The notes under the pieces were generated by a model, which searched no databases, had not been told where the DNA came from, and saw only the letters and a program-made list of their open reading frames with translations. Source: Octopus sinensis (lineage: Eukaryota). From it: a DNA stretch of 64,000 nt. Below, piece after piece: positions 40,048 through 52,989 of the stretch; position 1 is the first letter of the stretch, and each line of letters starts with the position of its first letter. The stretch covers positions 114,328,001-114,392,000 of the forward strand of contig NC_042998.1 in NCBI RefSeq assembly GCF_006345805.1, given 5' to 3'. A program made the translations under genes and the position numbers.

Positions 40048-40450
40048 TAGTTCCAGCAAGACAGGGCGGCAAGAGAAACAATGCAGTTGCTACGGCAGTA
40101 CTTTGGAGAGAGAATAATCTCCCGTTACGGCAACGTCAACTGGTCTCCCTAGACTTGACTAGCCTGGATTTTTTCTTGTGGGAATACCTGAAAGAGAGAG
40201 TTTATGTCAATAAACCGGAGACTCTAGTAAAACTGAAGGAGAACACCAACGGAGAAATCAGAGAAGTGGCGTCTGAAATTCTTGAGGGTGTTGTAGTACA
40301 AGCCGAGAAGGGCTGCCATTTAAGCGATAGCATTTTTCATGAGATGCAGAATTTAACTGGTGTATGTTAATTTCCAGTATGTCCTTTATATTGTATCAAA
40401 ATTTCATGCATTTATTTGTAAGGTTAAGGAAGTTATTAAAAATTAAGACA
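40048..40450 (+). mobile_element. maT/DD37D-like mariner transposase C-terminal fragment
   Basis: FQQD..RETMQLLRQYFGERIISR.GNVNWSP..DLTSLDFFLWEYLKERVYVNKPETL..LKEN, then the same 3' UTR as 39659-39800 in the opposite orientation. Confidence 0.8.
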
Positions 40451-40772
40451 CATCTGTGGCTTTTGGTACACACTGTAGTTCTGTATGTGTGTGTGGACGC
40501 GCTTATATGATTTTGCGTGCATATCTGTATTGATACGAGAGTGCGCATATGTACATCGGCGCGGACGCGCACGTCCGCACACACACACACGCACACGCAC
40601 ACACACACACATACAGACACACACACATACACACACAAACAAATACAAATTTACACGCACGCACACATGTGGATGAATGGACATGCTCGCGTGCACACAC
40701 ACACATGCATATACTTGCACGCACACACACACACACACACATCCGCATCTTTAGTTTCGTTATATATATATA

Positions 40773-40925
40773 GTTGAAATTTACAGAAAAACAAAAGACG
40801 AAGACAGGTGTATAAACAACAAACATGTGTATTAGTTTTACACTTGGGAAGGTCAGAAAGTGTTTTACGTTTCGAGCCTACGCTCTTCAACAGAAAAGAA
40901 CACGACGAAATAAGCAGAGGGAATA
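40773..40925 (-). mobile_element. Short TA-anchored repeat with hammerhead-like core
   Basis: Reverse complement CUGUUGA-A-GAGC GUAG GCUC-GAAA-CGUA; second copy at 17988-18140. Confidence 0.7.
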
Positions 40926-41812
40926 TTTACACACACACACACACACATACACACACATACACATGCAGTCATATATATTATGATCTTCCTTTTCTCTCTT
41001 TTTCTCTCTCTCTCTCTGATATAAATATATCTGTGAGCCTTTGTGCGTGTGTCTATACGCACACAAGCATACTCGTGGACACTGGCAGCCATACACACAA
41101 ACAATCACACCCAAGCAGGCATTAATATGCCGTGATTTAATATAAAATGTTACTTATCTGATTTCACTTTCACGTATATGACAGAGTTATTTTTTCGAGC
41201 ATCGAGAGCGTGTATGGGTAGGCATGTATGTTTGCATGTATGCATATATGTATGTGTGTGTCTGTGTGTGTGTGATTATGTATGTGCGTATAGTTATATA
41301 TATATACGCACACATACACACGGTCCTCCCCGCCAAATCTTCAAATTTAGGGGTTACACACTGATTTGTTTGTCAAAGTATCGTAGCTGAAGATTTGATG
41401 GAGGGAAATTGTTTTTCAACAGGGTGGCCCCTATAGGAAATAAATGTCTTACCCAATAAATGGGCTTTATTCAGAGCGACTATTGGAAGGGACAAAAAGT
41501 GTTTTGTGTGAGGGACAAAAAAGAAATTCGTTTAAATATACGTGTTAACATGGAACGATGAGCGTGATAGGAAAAAAGGGAAGAGATAAAAAAGTAAGGA
41601 AGTGGATTGAATGGTGATGCTATTTGGTGGTTCATCAATCATACAATTGTAGCAATTGACATAAAGAAAAACACACACGTATTAAACAATACACACACAC
41701 ACACACGCAGAATCGCAACGTCCTCAAATACATATGTGTGCGTAGTGTGTGTGTATACATATGTGTGTTTATATATATATTATATATATATATATGCGTC
41801 TCTCTCTCTCTC

Positions 41813-41881
<69 letters not shown>

Positions 41882-41963
41882 TGTATATATATATGTGTGT
41901 GTGTGTATGTGTATATATATATGTATATATATGTATATATATATGTATGTATATATATATATA

Positions 41964-42004
<41 letters not shown>

Positions 42005-42006
<2 letters not shown>

Positions 42007-42140
42007 TGCAGGAGTGGGTGTGTTGTAAGAAGCTTGCTTTCGAACCACATGGTTCCGGGTTCAGTCCCACTGCGTGGCAGCTTGGGTAAGTGTCATTTAC
42101 TTTAGACTCGGGCCGACCAAAGCCTTGTGAGTGGATGTGG
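42005..42140 (+). mobile_element. SINE family B, 5' part
   Basis: ggtgcaggagtgggtgtgttgtaagaagcttgct..ggttccgggttcagtcccactgcgtggca. Confidence 0.8.
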
Positions 42141-42364
42141 TAGCTTGTGTGTGAGTACTTGTCAAATGCGACACCCCACCATATATTTGTAGCATCGCTT
42201 TCTTTCCTTCCTTTGTTTCTTTCTTCCTTCCTTCCTCCCTTCCCTCCTCTCTCTAAATTTATGAAGTATAACTTCTAAAAATTCAAGTTGATATCCATAC
42301 ACATATCGCAAGGCATGTTGTCAGAATCAGTACAATGCCGGCAAAAAAAAGAAAAGAAAAAGTT

Positions 42365-42770
42365 ATGCTTAAAAGCATTTCTTCTGACTCCACGTTCTGA
42401 GTTCAAATGCCGCCGAGTCGACTTTGCTTCTCATCCTTTCGGGGTCGATAAAATAAATACTATTTGGGTACTGAAATCGATGTAATCGACTTACCCCACC
42501 CACCCACCTCAAAATTGCTGGCCTTGTGCCAAAATGTAAAACCAATATCGATACAAACATAAAAGGCGGTGAGCATGCGAAACCGTTATCATACTGGACC
42601 GGGCAAAATGACCGTCATTTCGTCCGTTCTTACGTTCTGAGTTTAAATTTCACCACGGTAGCATTTGACTTTCAGCCCTTGGAAGTCGATAAAATATATG
42701 TCATTTATGCACTGAAGTCAATGTAGTTACCTTATCCTCTCCCCCCGCCTTGTGCCAAAATTTGAAATCA
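42365..42770 (+). mobile_element. Two tandem SINE family A copies
   Basis: cacgttctgagttcaaatgccgccgagtcgactttgc..ggggtcgataaaataa, and a second copy from aaggcggtgagc. Confidence 0.75.
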
Positions 42771-43010
42771 TTGTTGATAGAGACAAATTTCCAACACTTG
42801 AGCACTCAGCATCAAAATACGGAGCAAACAACTCGATGTATTTATCACACGTATTATTACTTCCACTAAGCCATCACTTTTGAGTGATACTTTATTTTAG
42901 TGACTCCGTAAGGATGAAGAGACAAGCTGAACTCCAAACTTAAAATCCCGGAACAAATACATCAATTATGCAAGTCAGTTTTATAATTTTTATCGTCGAA
43001 TATATAGCTT

Positions 43011-44202
43011 ACTAGCATTAAAGACCAAACGTTGCCGGATCATAGTGCTAGTGCATGTATATATATGTATACATATTACATGTACATCTATATATATACA
43101 TCTACACATAAAATACAAAATACAAAGTTATATCTTGATATCGCTAGTGATAACAATACTCAAAATATATAACAGACTTGAATTGTTAGCCCGTCTTTTG
43201 TAATTTCGATCAATTGTATCTTGTCCTCCCTCTTGTATAGAAGTGTAGCTACAATCCAGCCTACCTCTACTTCTGGGGCGGGGGGCATTAAAAATTTATT
43301 TTCCAGGACGTACTATGTCCCAGATATAAAGGTAAAAATAAAATATTTCCACTTTGCAAGTTCGAGTCGAATACTCCCTTGCACGCTCCGTTGACTCGAA
43401 CCTTGCTTCTATTGTGGCGAATTTACCGCCTCTGATTAGATAACTTTCATAGTCGCACCAAGACACTTTTCGAAGGTGCTTTCCTCCATGTGTTCCAATC
43501 TTTTTTCTCTACATTGTATACTTTATAGACAATAGACTTTTCTTTAATTTAATTTTTTATCATCCATCTGGACTATTCCATTTCTGCACGCTAATTTTAT
43601 TTTAATTTATTCCCATTCATGTGAAACCACTTATTCAAGTTCAAGTCATTGATGCAATTTTATACCAATTGCTATTTTTACTTTTTTTTTATGTTACGAT
43701 TATATTATCCTTTAGTTTGATTTTAATTATTACTTACTACATATAATTCAATTGTTATTATTATTTTTATTGTTAAAGTGAAAGTATCTGACATAAAATA
43801 GAGAAATGTTTTTGTTTCACTTTTAACACGTAATACTGAAATAGTGGAGAAGATATGATATTGCTATAGGCTCGCTCTAGGCAAGAAGTTGATTATTTTT
43901 TTGGCCCATGAAACTACATGGACCCTAAGTAAGGCATGTGTAAAATTTGAATGAAATTGTTTGTGTTGTTCTCAAGTTTTAGGGAATCGTAGTGGAGAAG
44001 ATGTGATATTGCTGTGGGCTCGCCCAAGGCAAAAAGTTAAACTTTTTGCCGATGACACTCCCCGGACCATAAGTAAGGCATGTGTAAAATTTGAATGAAA
44101 TTGGTTGTGTAGTTCTCAAGTTTTAGGGAAACACACAGACAGACAGACAGACAGACAGATAGACAGACAGACACACATTCTCAGTTTTATATATATAAAG
44201 AT
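43011..44202 (+). mobile_element. Non-autonomous Helentron/DINE-1-like (HINE-type) element
   Basis: Starts with an ACTAGCA..TGCTAGT hairpin, has an internal 148-bp tandem duplication (43842 and 43990), an (ACAG)n subterminal microsatellite and a TTTTATATATATAAAGAT end, as in Lep1/DINE-like architecture. Confidence 0.55.
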
Positions 44203-44542
44203 TCAGACTGTCAGTTTGAATCTGCAAGTTATCAAGTTGACGATCTATAAAGTAATTGCATATGTATTAGACTAAAAAATCCTGTATTGTGTCCTTTCAA
44301 TCAATGTTCGTGGTTTTTATACATGGCGGACTTCAAGTTTCTGTCTACCAAATTCATCCACAAACTTTGGTTGGCCTACTCTAATAGAAGACACTCGACA
44401 AAAGTGCCGCGCCGTGGAACTGAAACCAAGATCATATGGTTGGGAAGCGAGTTTCTGAACCTCATAACCGCGCCTATATTGTTAGAAAAAATTTACTCAA
44501 TTTAATGGAAATGGAAGAGAAATTTGATTTCTATTTTTAGGC

Positions 44543-45021
44543 CAGTCGTGGGGAAACTGTTTAGAGCGGCGGGCAAAAATTTCTCAAGAAAAAGGTCCGC
44601 TGTCAGATCACAGGTTTTAACTCTTATATCTATGTATAATTTGATATACATAAATAAAGATAAATTTAACACATTAAATTAACGCGTAACATCTTCATTA
44701 AGGCCTCCACTGAATTTAGGACGTTTATATTACTTATGAGGTATTCTGTTGTTTTTTTTCAGCTAAAGTGTAGTTGGGTCTCAAGGGGGTGGTATAAACC
44801 TAGCAATAGATGTTTTATAATGAAAACAAAATTTCCATTCAAATGCCAATTACCGGACGATTTCTGATCATTTTAACTCGTAGTGGAAACGCAACTTATG
44901 TCGCAAATGGGTATACGAATATTGTATAAATTTTGATTGAAAAATTTACTATATTTTGTACATGTGAGTATATCAGCCTGCGGGCACAATAAAACGGGGT
45001 GGGGTTTTTTCCCCACTCCTG
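44543..45021. mobile_element. Eroded hAT-type MITE
   Basis: TIR-like CAGTCGTGGGGAA and TTCCCCACTCCTG with subterminal GCGGGC motifs; TSD not preserved. Confidence 0.45.
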
Positions 45022-45946
45022 CCATAGCCGAATCCTAACTGAGCAAACTTACGATTAGATGTAATCCAGTATTAGAGGTATCCCAAGGCCATTAATTATT
45101 GAAATCGAATCTATATTAAACCAAATTATCTAATGTGTCTTACCATTTTTTTTAAAGACGGTAGGATGGTGTGATTTGGTTGGGATTTTACAACTATTTC
45201 TATCATCTCATGCTCCACATACAGAATCCCCCATTGGCTCCCGTAAAGTTGTTACTATAGATTGGTGGAGGACTATAAGTGCTATCGTTGTTTTGTTCCA
45301 GGCTAACTCCAAACAAACAGAGCTATGAGTAAAGACATTCCACCGTGATATTCCAGTCTTATTTTTGATCAGACATTGCGTACCTAGCAGAACATCATTT
45401 AATGTATTTTTTTAAAAGAAACTTTTTCCTAAAAGGATGTTATATAAGGGAGCCTTGACTACTGTTTCTCGTTTGTTTTCTAGCCACCGAGAAGCCCCTT
45501 TACCGTCTCATAATAGGTTGAATTCTGACCATTGCTGTAAGAAGATGGAGACGGCATTGTAATAACCAACAAGAATAGAAGGGGTAGGAGTAACTAAAGA
45601 AGAAGAGCGTAAGGGGAAAACTGAAAGGAAAAAAAGGATGGCGAGTGGGGAGAAAGGAGAAGAGAGCGGAGGAAAGTAGGGGTATAAGAGGAGCAAAAGA
45701 AGTGTTTTGTATGTTTCGTTTTTCTGTTTTGCTTTTCTTTAATAGACTTTGCATGGCTGGTGGAGGTTAACGAATCGGAACGGCTGGGGAATATATATTG
45801 AGTGTATAAGGGGGCGGAATACTAGAGGTAAAGTAAAACCCACAAAACAGTATGGTGAATTAGGTAAAGAAGAATAAACGAGAGAAAAAATAAATAGCAA
45901 AGTAGAAGGAAATAAAACTGAGGAGAGAGGGGCAAAAGATGCACAC

Positions 45947-46026
<80 letters not shown>

Positions 46027-46239
46027 CACACACACACACATATATATATATACACACACACAGACACACACTTTTACTCTCTCCCATACACAAACACATG
46101 CACACGCGCACACACAAACATGTGTGTATTTGTGTACGATATAAAGTTGTAAGGTTAAGAAAGATGAGAAAACAGGAAGGAGTTGTGTGTGTGTGAGAGA
46201 GACGGCAGAAAAGAAAGAACAAGGAGAAAATAGAGAACT

Positions 46240-46274
<35 letters not shown>

Positions 46275-46977
46275 GGAAAGAGTGAGATAGAGGGAAAGAA
46301 AGAGACAAAAAGAGACAGAGAGGGAAAGAGAGAGCAATCAAACTGAAATATAACATTAAAATACATATAAATAAATAAATAAATGAATGAATAAATAGAT
46401 AAATAAATAAATTAGTAATTATATGTACAAATAAATACATAAATACAGACAGAAAATGCGAAGCCCCTGAAATGGTGAGCAAAAGAAAGTAAGGTATATA
46501 AAGCGAAGCGTGTGATTGATGGACAAACAAGAAATTTGCTAAGGTGTGTCCCGCCGTTTATGCCACCCACAATCACTAAAGCGGGTGTATGTGGTGAATT
46601 TAGGGGTGCAGGCAAACAACACAGACATAAGCGCGCGCACACTGACATATATAATGCGTCTGAGTGCGTGATTATTTGCATGTGTTTGTTTCCCCTGTAT
46701 ATGTGTATTTGGAGGCGTTTAAACGGAGTTTATGGCAACTACTTGATATAAATGTCCCCTCTTCACGCAGCCATCCACGAATAAAGTAAAAGTATATACG
46801 ATCATTAAGCGATGAGGTTGGGATATGAGGGTATTTTGAGTTGCACGTTGTGTGCCACATTCAACTCTTAGAATATAATATAGAATAATATAATTACACA
46901 CACAGATACATATGCATATGTATATATATGTATAAATGTATTATTTAATTGAACACCTCGCATCCGTTTCCAAGTAA

Positions 46978-47012
<35 letters not shown>

Positions 47013-47965
47013 CGGACTTGTGCCTGGGAGGGTATCTTTCTAAGTGTAATCCCATTGTCTATGTCGTGACCGAAGGCGGTCTCAGATATATATATATATA
47101 ATGTAATATATATATATATAAATAATATATAACTATATGCATATATACATACATACTTACATACTTACATACATACATACACACATATATATATATATAT
47201 ACACATACATATATATACATATATATATATACAAATATATATACACAAATACATATATATATGTATGTACATACACACACACGTACACACACACACATAT
47301 AGGAAGAAATAGAATAATAGATTAATAGTCAAAAACAAAAACACATATCTGTGTGTGTGTATCTGTGCGTACGTAGTGTATGTGTGTGGTTGTGAGTGTG
47401 TGTATGTGTGTGTGTGTGCGCGCGCGTGGCAGCGTCAAATACTTGGTCATACCTCATGTGTGTTGTAGAAGACAGTTAGCGAAAACGTTTCAAGGGCAAT
47501 TTGTGGCAAGTACTTAATGCACGCCCTTCCATAATGCCCACCCTCTAAAACTATGAAAATTAAAAACAAAAGCAAAACAAAACAAAAACAAATCACCCAT
47601 CAATAACAATAACAAGAAAGAAATATATGGGATCACTAAAGTGGGTAGTTGTAAGTAACCGAGGGTTTTAACAGTTTGTTGTATTATGTGGGGTGGCCCC
47701 GTTTGAACGATGAAACATGGCTGAATGGGTAGTCGACGTTTGAAATCATCAGTTGAAGGCGAATTGGCGAGTTAGCAAAGCATTCGGGTGAAGTAGGCCG
47801 GGTAGGGGTGGTTGTGAAAAGCGGGTGGGAGAAGAACAGGCAGGCCCTTATTTGTGTTTATATTGTATTTTATTAAATGGTATATTATTGTTATCTTTAT
47901 ATTTGTATATTTGTCTATTCAAATTTGTTTTTGTTGTTTTTATATTGCGTCGGTATTGGTGGTCA

Positions 47966-48011
<46 letters not shown>

Positions 48012-48526
48012 TTTATGTACGTATATATGAATGTATGTACACACACAAATATAAGCAAATATAATCATTCATATAGACATTAACACAAACTCGTGCACCC
48101 TTAAACGTGCACACATACACTACACATATGCACTTACAAACATGTGCATGCACGCACACACACATACATGCACGTACATGCATGCACCAACGCCTTCAAA
48201 GAAATACAAACCTATATACAGAGTCTGTTACACTTACAGCTTCATCTACACACACAGAAACACATACATACAGACAGTAACACACACACAGACGCACGCA
48301 CACACACACAGATACGCGCACACAAACACAGACATAGGTGCAGACACAAACACACTCCCTTTCTGTTACGTAGACACAAGGTACATACATCCTACACAAG
48401 AGAAACTTACATACACACACTCACAGAAAGATTTTCATATGCTCACTTGCACAAACCAAAGTGGTGCTCCAGCATGGCCCCAGTTAAATGACTGAAACAA
48501 GTAAAATAATAAAAGATTAAAAACAT

Positions 48527-48703
48527 AGGCTAAGGAATGGAATGGCTGTGTGGTAAGAAGTTTGCTTCCCAACCGCATGGTTCCGGGTTCAGTCTCACTG
48601 CGTGGCACTTTGGGCAAGTGTCTTTCACTATAGCATCAGGCCGACCAAAGCCATGTGAGTAGATTTGGTAGATGGAAACTGAAAGAAGCCCGTCATATAT
48701 ATA

Positions 48704-48747
<44 letters not shown>

Positions 48748-48930
48748 ATATATATGTATTTGTGTGTCTGTGTTTATCTCCATCGCTTGACACCGTAACT
48801 TAGCGGTTCGGCAAAGAGGTCGATAGAATAAGTACTAGGCTTACAAAGAATAAGTCTTGGGGTCAATTTGTTCGACTAAAGGCGGTGATCCAGCATGGCT
48901 GCAGTCAAATGACTAATGCAAGTAAAAAAA
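48527..48930 (+). mobile_element. tRNA-derived SINE family B, full length with internal (TA)n
   Basis: tggctgtgtggtaagaag..ggttccgggttcagtc; gtgagtagatttggtagatggaaactgaaagaagcccgtc; tail ggcggtgatccagcatggctgcagtcaaatgact. Extra 3' tails at 48460-48510 and 48940-49060. Confidence 0.85.
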
Positions 48931-51019
48931 GCATACAAAAGAGACCGATAGTATAAATATCAGGTTTTAAAAAATTAAGTACTGTGGTCGATTCAGTCGA
49001 CTAAAAATTCAAGGCGGTGCCCCAGCATGGCCGCAGTCTAATGATTGAAACAGATAGAATATAAAAGATACATGCAGTAACACACGAACATACACATATA
49101 GCAAGACGCACACACAGCTAATGACACACGAATAGATACTTATACACACACGCACAGAACACACACATGTACGAACACACAACGCACACACTCACACACA
49201 CACACACACCACACACACACACACTCACACACACATACACACACACACACACACATACACACACACACACACAAACACAGCCATTCAGACAGTGAAGTGT
49301 CATACAAGATTGGCTGTAAAAGTGTCTAGAACATGTAGTGGTGAAGTTATTATATATAACAATAGAAGTCATCATTACTTGCTAGACAGGAACATTGCTC
49401 TATCGTCAATGTTTATGTTCGACTATTCAACAAACGAAACTACTCTCACCCCAACTCCTTTTCATTCTCTCCTCTCCCTACCCTTGTCCTTCCTTTTCAC
49501 ACTCTAATTGTTGTACGAGCCAATGTTGTACGAGCGCCTTCGTTGTCGCACGTCTTGCTAAAAGTAGCTGACAACTCTACCTCAAATCAAACCTAGCTAG
49601 TGTCTTTTTGAAAGGATGAACACATTTTGTATTATACTCCTATAAAAGACGAAGATGTCATGACTGGAATGCCTATATAAAAGACCTGCTGGATACCAGG
49701 GTTGACCAGGGGCTAAAATATGACTATTTCTTTTCTCTCTCTCTTACTCTACCCTATCTCCATCTTTCTTTTTCAATTTCTACTCGATCATACAAGGGAA
49801 CATGTTCGTGGCTGTTCGATCTAGCAGAAATAGATACAAAAGCTAATGAAATCACAGCCCTTACTGCGCCAAAAAAGAAAAAAAAAAGAAAGAAAAAACG
49901 TAAGGACACATTTGATAACTTTGTGAAGACCTGCTACCTCGCGTCCTCACCGTGGTATATCAGTTCAGCTATAATGCAGTTTCTTCCTTTGAGGTTTATC
50001 ATAAAGTATACAAAACATCTTAGATGCAATCTTTGACCTACATTGGTGCCTTGTATTGCGCCATTCAGAGTTTTTGGACATGCGTAGATGGGGTCTCTTT
50101 CACCTTCTCTTTCATAACTCTTCTTTGGGAAGGAATATGAATTAGACCTAGCCCTGATATTATGCATCCTGTACATCTCTCGGCGTTCAATCTTCGATTG
50201 ATAGCCTAGGGAGTTTTTCCCAGGACCTTGCAAAATCTATATTTTCCTGAGGGAAGTTTGCAATTAATGTTCATGGCCAATACATGATTTTTCGTGGCGG
50301 TGCTGGTGTTATTGTGGTTGTTAGAGGCAACTACTTACTTAAAAAAAAACCCATTTATAATGGAATGAAACGGAATAATTTTAAATAAAGATCATTTTCA
50401 AAGAAACAAAATGCAAAGTATGAAGGTAACATTTCTAAAACTGAAGGAATAAGACAGACTAACAGCTCATGAGTGTTTACATGTTTTTCAACAACCATTT
50501 ATAAAGGCGCTTAAAAATAACAGTAACAATGATAAAAGACAGAAATGTAAAGTAAGTTTTTTTAAAAAAGCTAATTAAATATAAGAGTGAAGAAGAGGGG
50601 TGTTATTAACAGCAAAATGGAAAACCATCCTTAACACTGTTATAATCACTTAAACACAAACTGCCTAACTGGAAGAGTGCTGCTGACACTGCCATTCAAT
50701 CAAATATACAACTAATCAACTGCTGTTAGTATTCTGACAATCACTTTAAAGACCAATCAATTAGTCAGGAAATTTTTGTCAATACTGTTAACAACAATTT
50801 AATCATATTTATTGATATTCAAACACCAACTATATATGCTGGATTGAAGTTTCTCAGAAATTAACCCAGTTAACTCCACAGAAATTTGGGAAATGATAAG
50901 AAAAGTTATAATTTACCAGTAGAATGTAAGTGGCAGCAGTTTTCTCCCTTCCCACAAAATCTCCAAATAAGTCACAGACAGACACAACCTGGTATTGCTG
51001 ATACTGCCAGTGTTACTGC

Positions 51020-51150
51020 CTTCTTCTTCTTCTCTTCTTCTTCTTCTTCTTCTTCTTCTTCTTCTTCTTCTTCTTCTTCTTCTTCTTCTTCTTCTTCTTC
51101 TTCTTCTTCTTCTTCTTCTTCTTCTTCTCTTCTTCTTCTTCTTCTTCTTC
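51020..51150. repeat. (CTT)n microsatellite
   Basis: Direct reading; source of the poly-E/S/R/L ORFs. Confidence 0.95.
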
Positions 51151-51447
51151 CAAACAGGACTCCCGCCATTAGCCACAAAGAATAATCTCTAATTCGAGTC
51201 TACTCGAAGAATGCGTGTGGCAACTTGAAGATCCACTTACCACACTCGATAGACTGGCGGTTGCACGGCCGTGAAAGTTACGTTGTTATCCTCATTCCGT
51301 AAACGGTGGCTTTTAACGGGTGGCGAGCTGAACCATCCAGGGGTACAGAGGATTCGCAATCTAGACCAGTGTCTAAAAGTTTACCACACCATAGTGAGTT
51401 ACACCATAATGGGTTACACCATGGTTCCTCTGCTTTGTGGTAGAAGT

Positions 51448-51634
51448 AGGAAGAAAGAGTAAGAGAAAGTTGTGGTGAAAGAGTACAGCGGGGATCATCG
51501 CCACACCCCGCCGGAGCCTCGTGGAGCTTAGGTATTTTTGCTCAATAAACACTCACAATGCCCGGTATGGGAATCGAAGCCGCGTTCTTACGACCGCGAG
51601 TCCACTGCCCTAACCACTGGGCCATTGCGCCTCC
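51448..51634 (-). mobile_element. SINE family C, 5' part
   Basis: Reverse complement of the 59086 head ggaggcgcaatggcccagtggttagggcag. Confidence 0.85.
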
Positions 51635-52406
51635 ATAACTGCTGCCGTTGTCTCTAACACCATTGCTAGTGTCAGATACATTGGCAATGTATCTTGTATG
51701 AATGGAAGTGTCACTTTTTGAAGACGTCAAGCTACTGTAAGCTTTGTCTTTTCGATGACATCGTTGCTGCTTCTATCACCAATATCGCTAGCATTACTAT
51801 TGCTGACGACGGCAGTGTTGGGCTTGACAGTAAGAACGTCGCTGTCGCTGCTGTAAGTGGACAAATATCGTACTTTTTCTTCCTATTTGTCTGTTACATG
51901 TTTAATGAAGGACAAGTGTTGACTCTGTACCTTCACATTTCTCTTCTGTTCGCTCTTCCTTCGCCGCACGCACGCACACACACACACACACGCACGCACA
52001 CACACACACACACACACACGCACACACACGCACACATACACACACGCATGCACACACACACACACACGCACACACATGCTCACACGCGCACACACACACA
52101 TATATATATACACAAACGTAAATACATACATGCATGGACATACACGCATGATTTATCGTTCATGATTTATCGTTCAACAACAACAACAACAATAATGATA
52201 ATAATAACAGGTTTTTAACGTTAAAGTTTTTCTTTTCATTTCATTTATATTTCTGTCACCAGGCCAACAATTTTGAGAGTAGCATAAGTCCATTACATAG
52301 GCTCCGCTGCTCAACTGGTATTATGAAATCTGAAAGGATGAAAGGCAAAGTCAGCCTTGGCCAAATAATAATGATGATGATGATGGTGATGATGATGATG
52401 ATAATG

Positions 52407-52462
<56 letters not shown>

Positions 52463-52464
<2 letters not shown>

Positions 52465-52985
52465 TTTCATCTTTTTGCCACAAGGGCGAAGGATGTGGTG
52501 GTGGAAAGTACAAAGACAGACATAAAGTATGGGTGTTTACATATAATGAAATGATTGAAAAAATGAATGAAAGAAAGAAAGTAAGTATACACGGTATACA
52601 CTGAAAAAGAAGGTACATATGCATAGCATACAATGGTTTAAAAAAAGGGGCGGGGAAGATGATAGAGATGTGGCCCTCCTGATATAGGAACGCTTCTAGG
52701 GATAATCGAGGAACCACACTGTCTGAGATTTCCCTGAAATCCCAGGAGCAAGTGCCCTCTCCTATTCCTTCTCTACTTAGAGAGGTACGATCCACTCTTC
52801 CCATTTTCGCAACTTTCAAACACCTTTGAATAAAGTCACTCGAGGACAGCACTTCTTTCTCCACTCTCATTTTCCTTTCCAAGTGTAACTTGAAGAAGTC
52901 AATGAGAGCTCTACCAAAGAAGAATGTATCTGTCCTCGTACAGTTCAGCCTTGGCCACCAAACAACCTCTTTCGTTACAATCACC
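52463..52985 (-). mobile_element. Tx1/L1-like LINE 3' end with (ATT)n tail
   Basis: VVWWPRL..TDTFFFGRALIDFFKLHLERKMRVEKEVLSSSDFIQR.LKVAKM resembles Tx1-clade C-termini as recalled; the 3' UTR ends cccttgtggcaaaaagatgaaatc followed by (ATT)n. Confidence 0.5.
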
Positions 52986-52989
52986 AGGC

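Noticed and set aside
49934-50233. 99-aa minus-strand ORF and a Cys/Arg-rich alternative frame suggestive of a piggyBac tail
   Set aside because: No convincing motif spacing, TIR or TTAA site.
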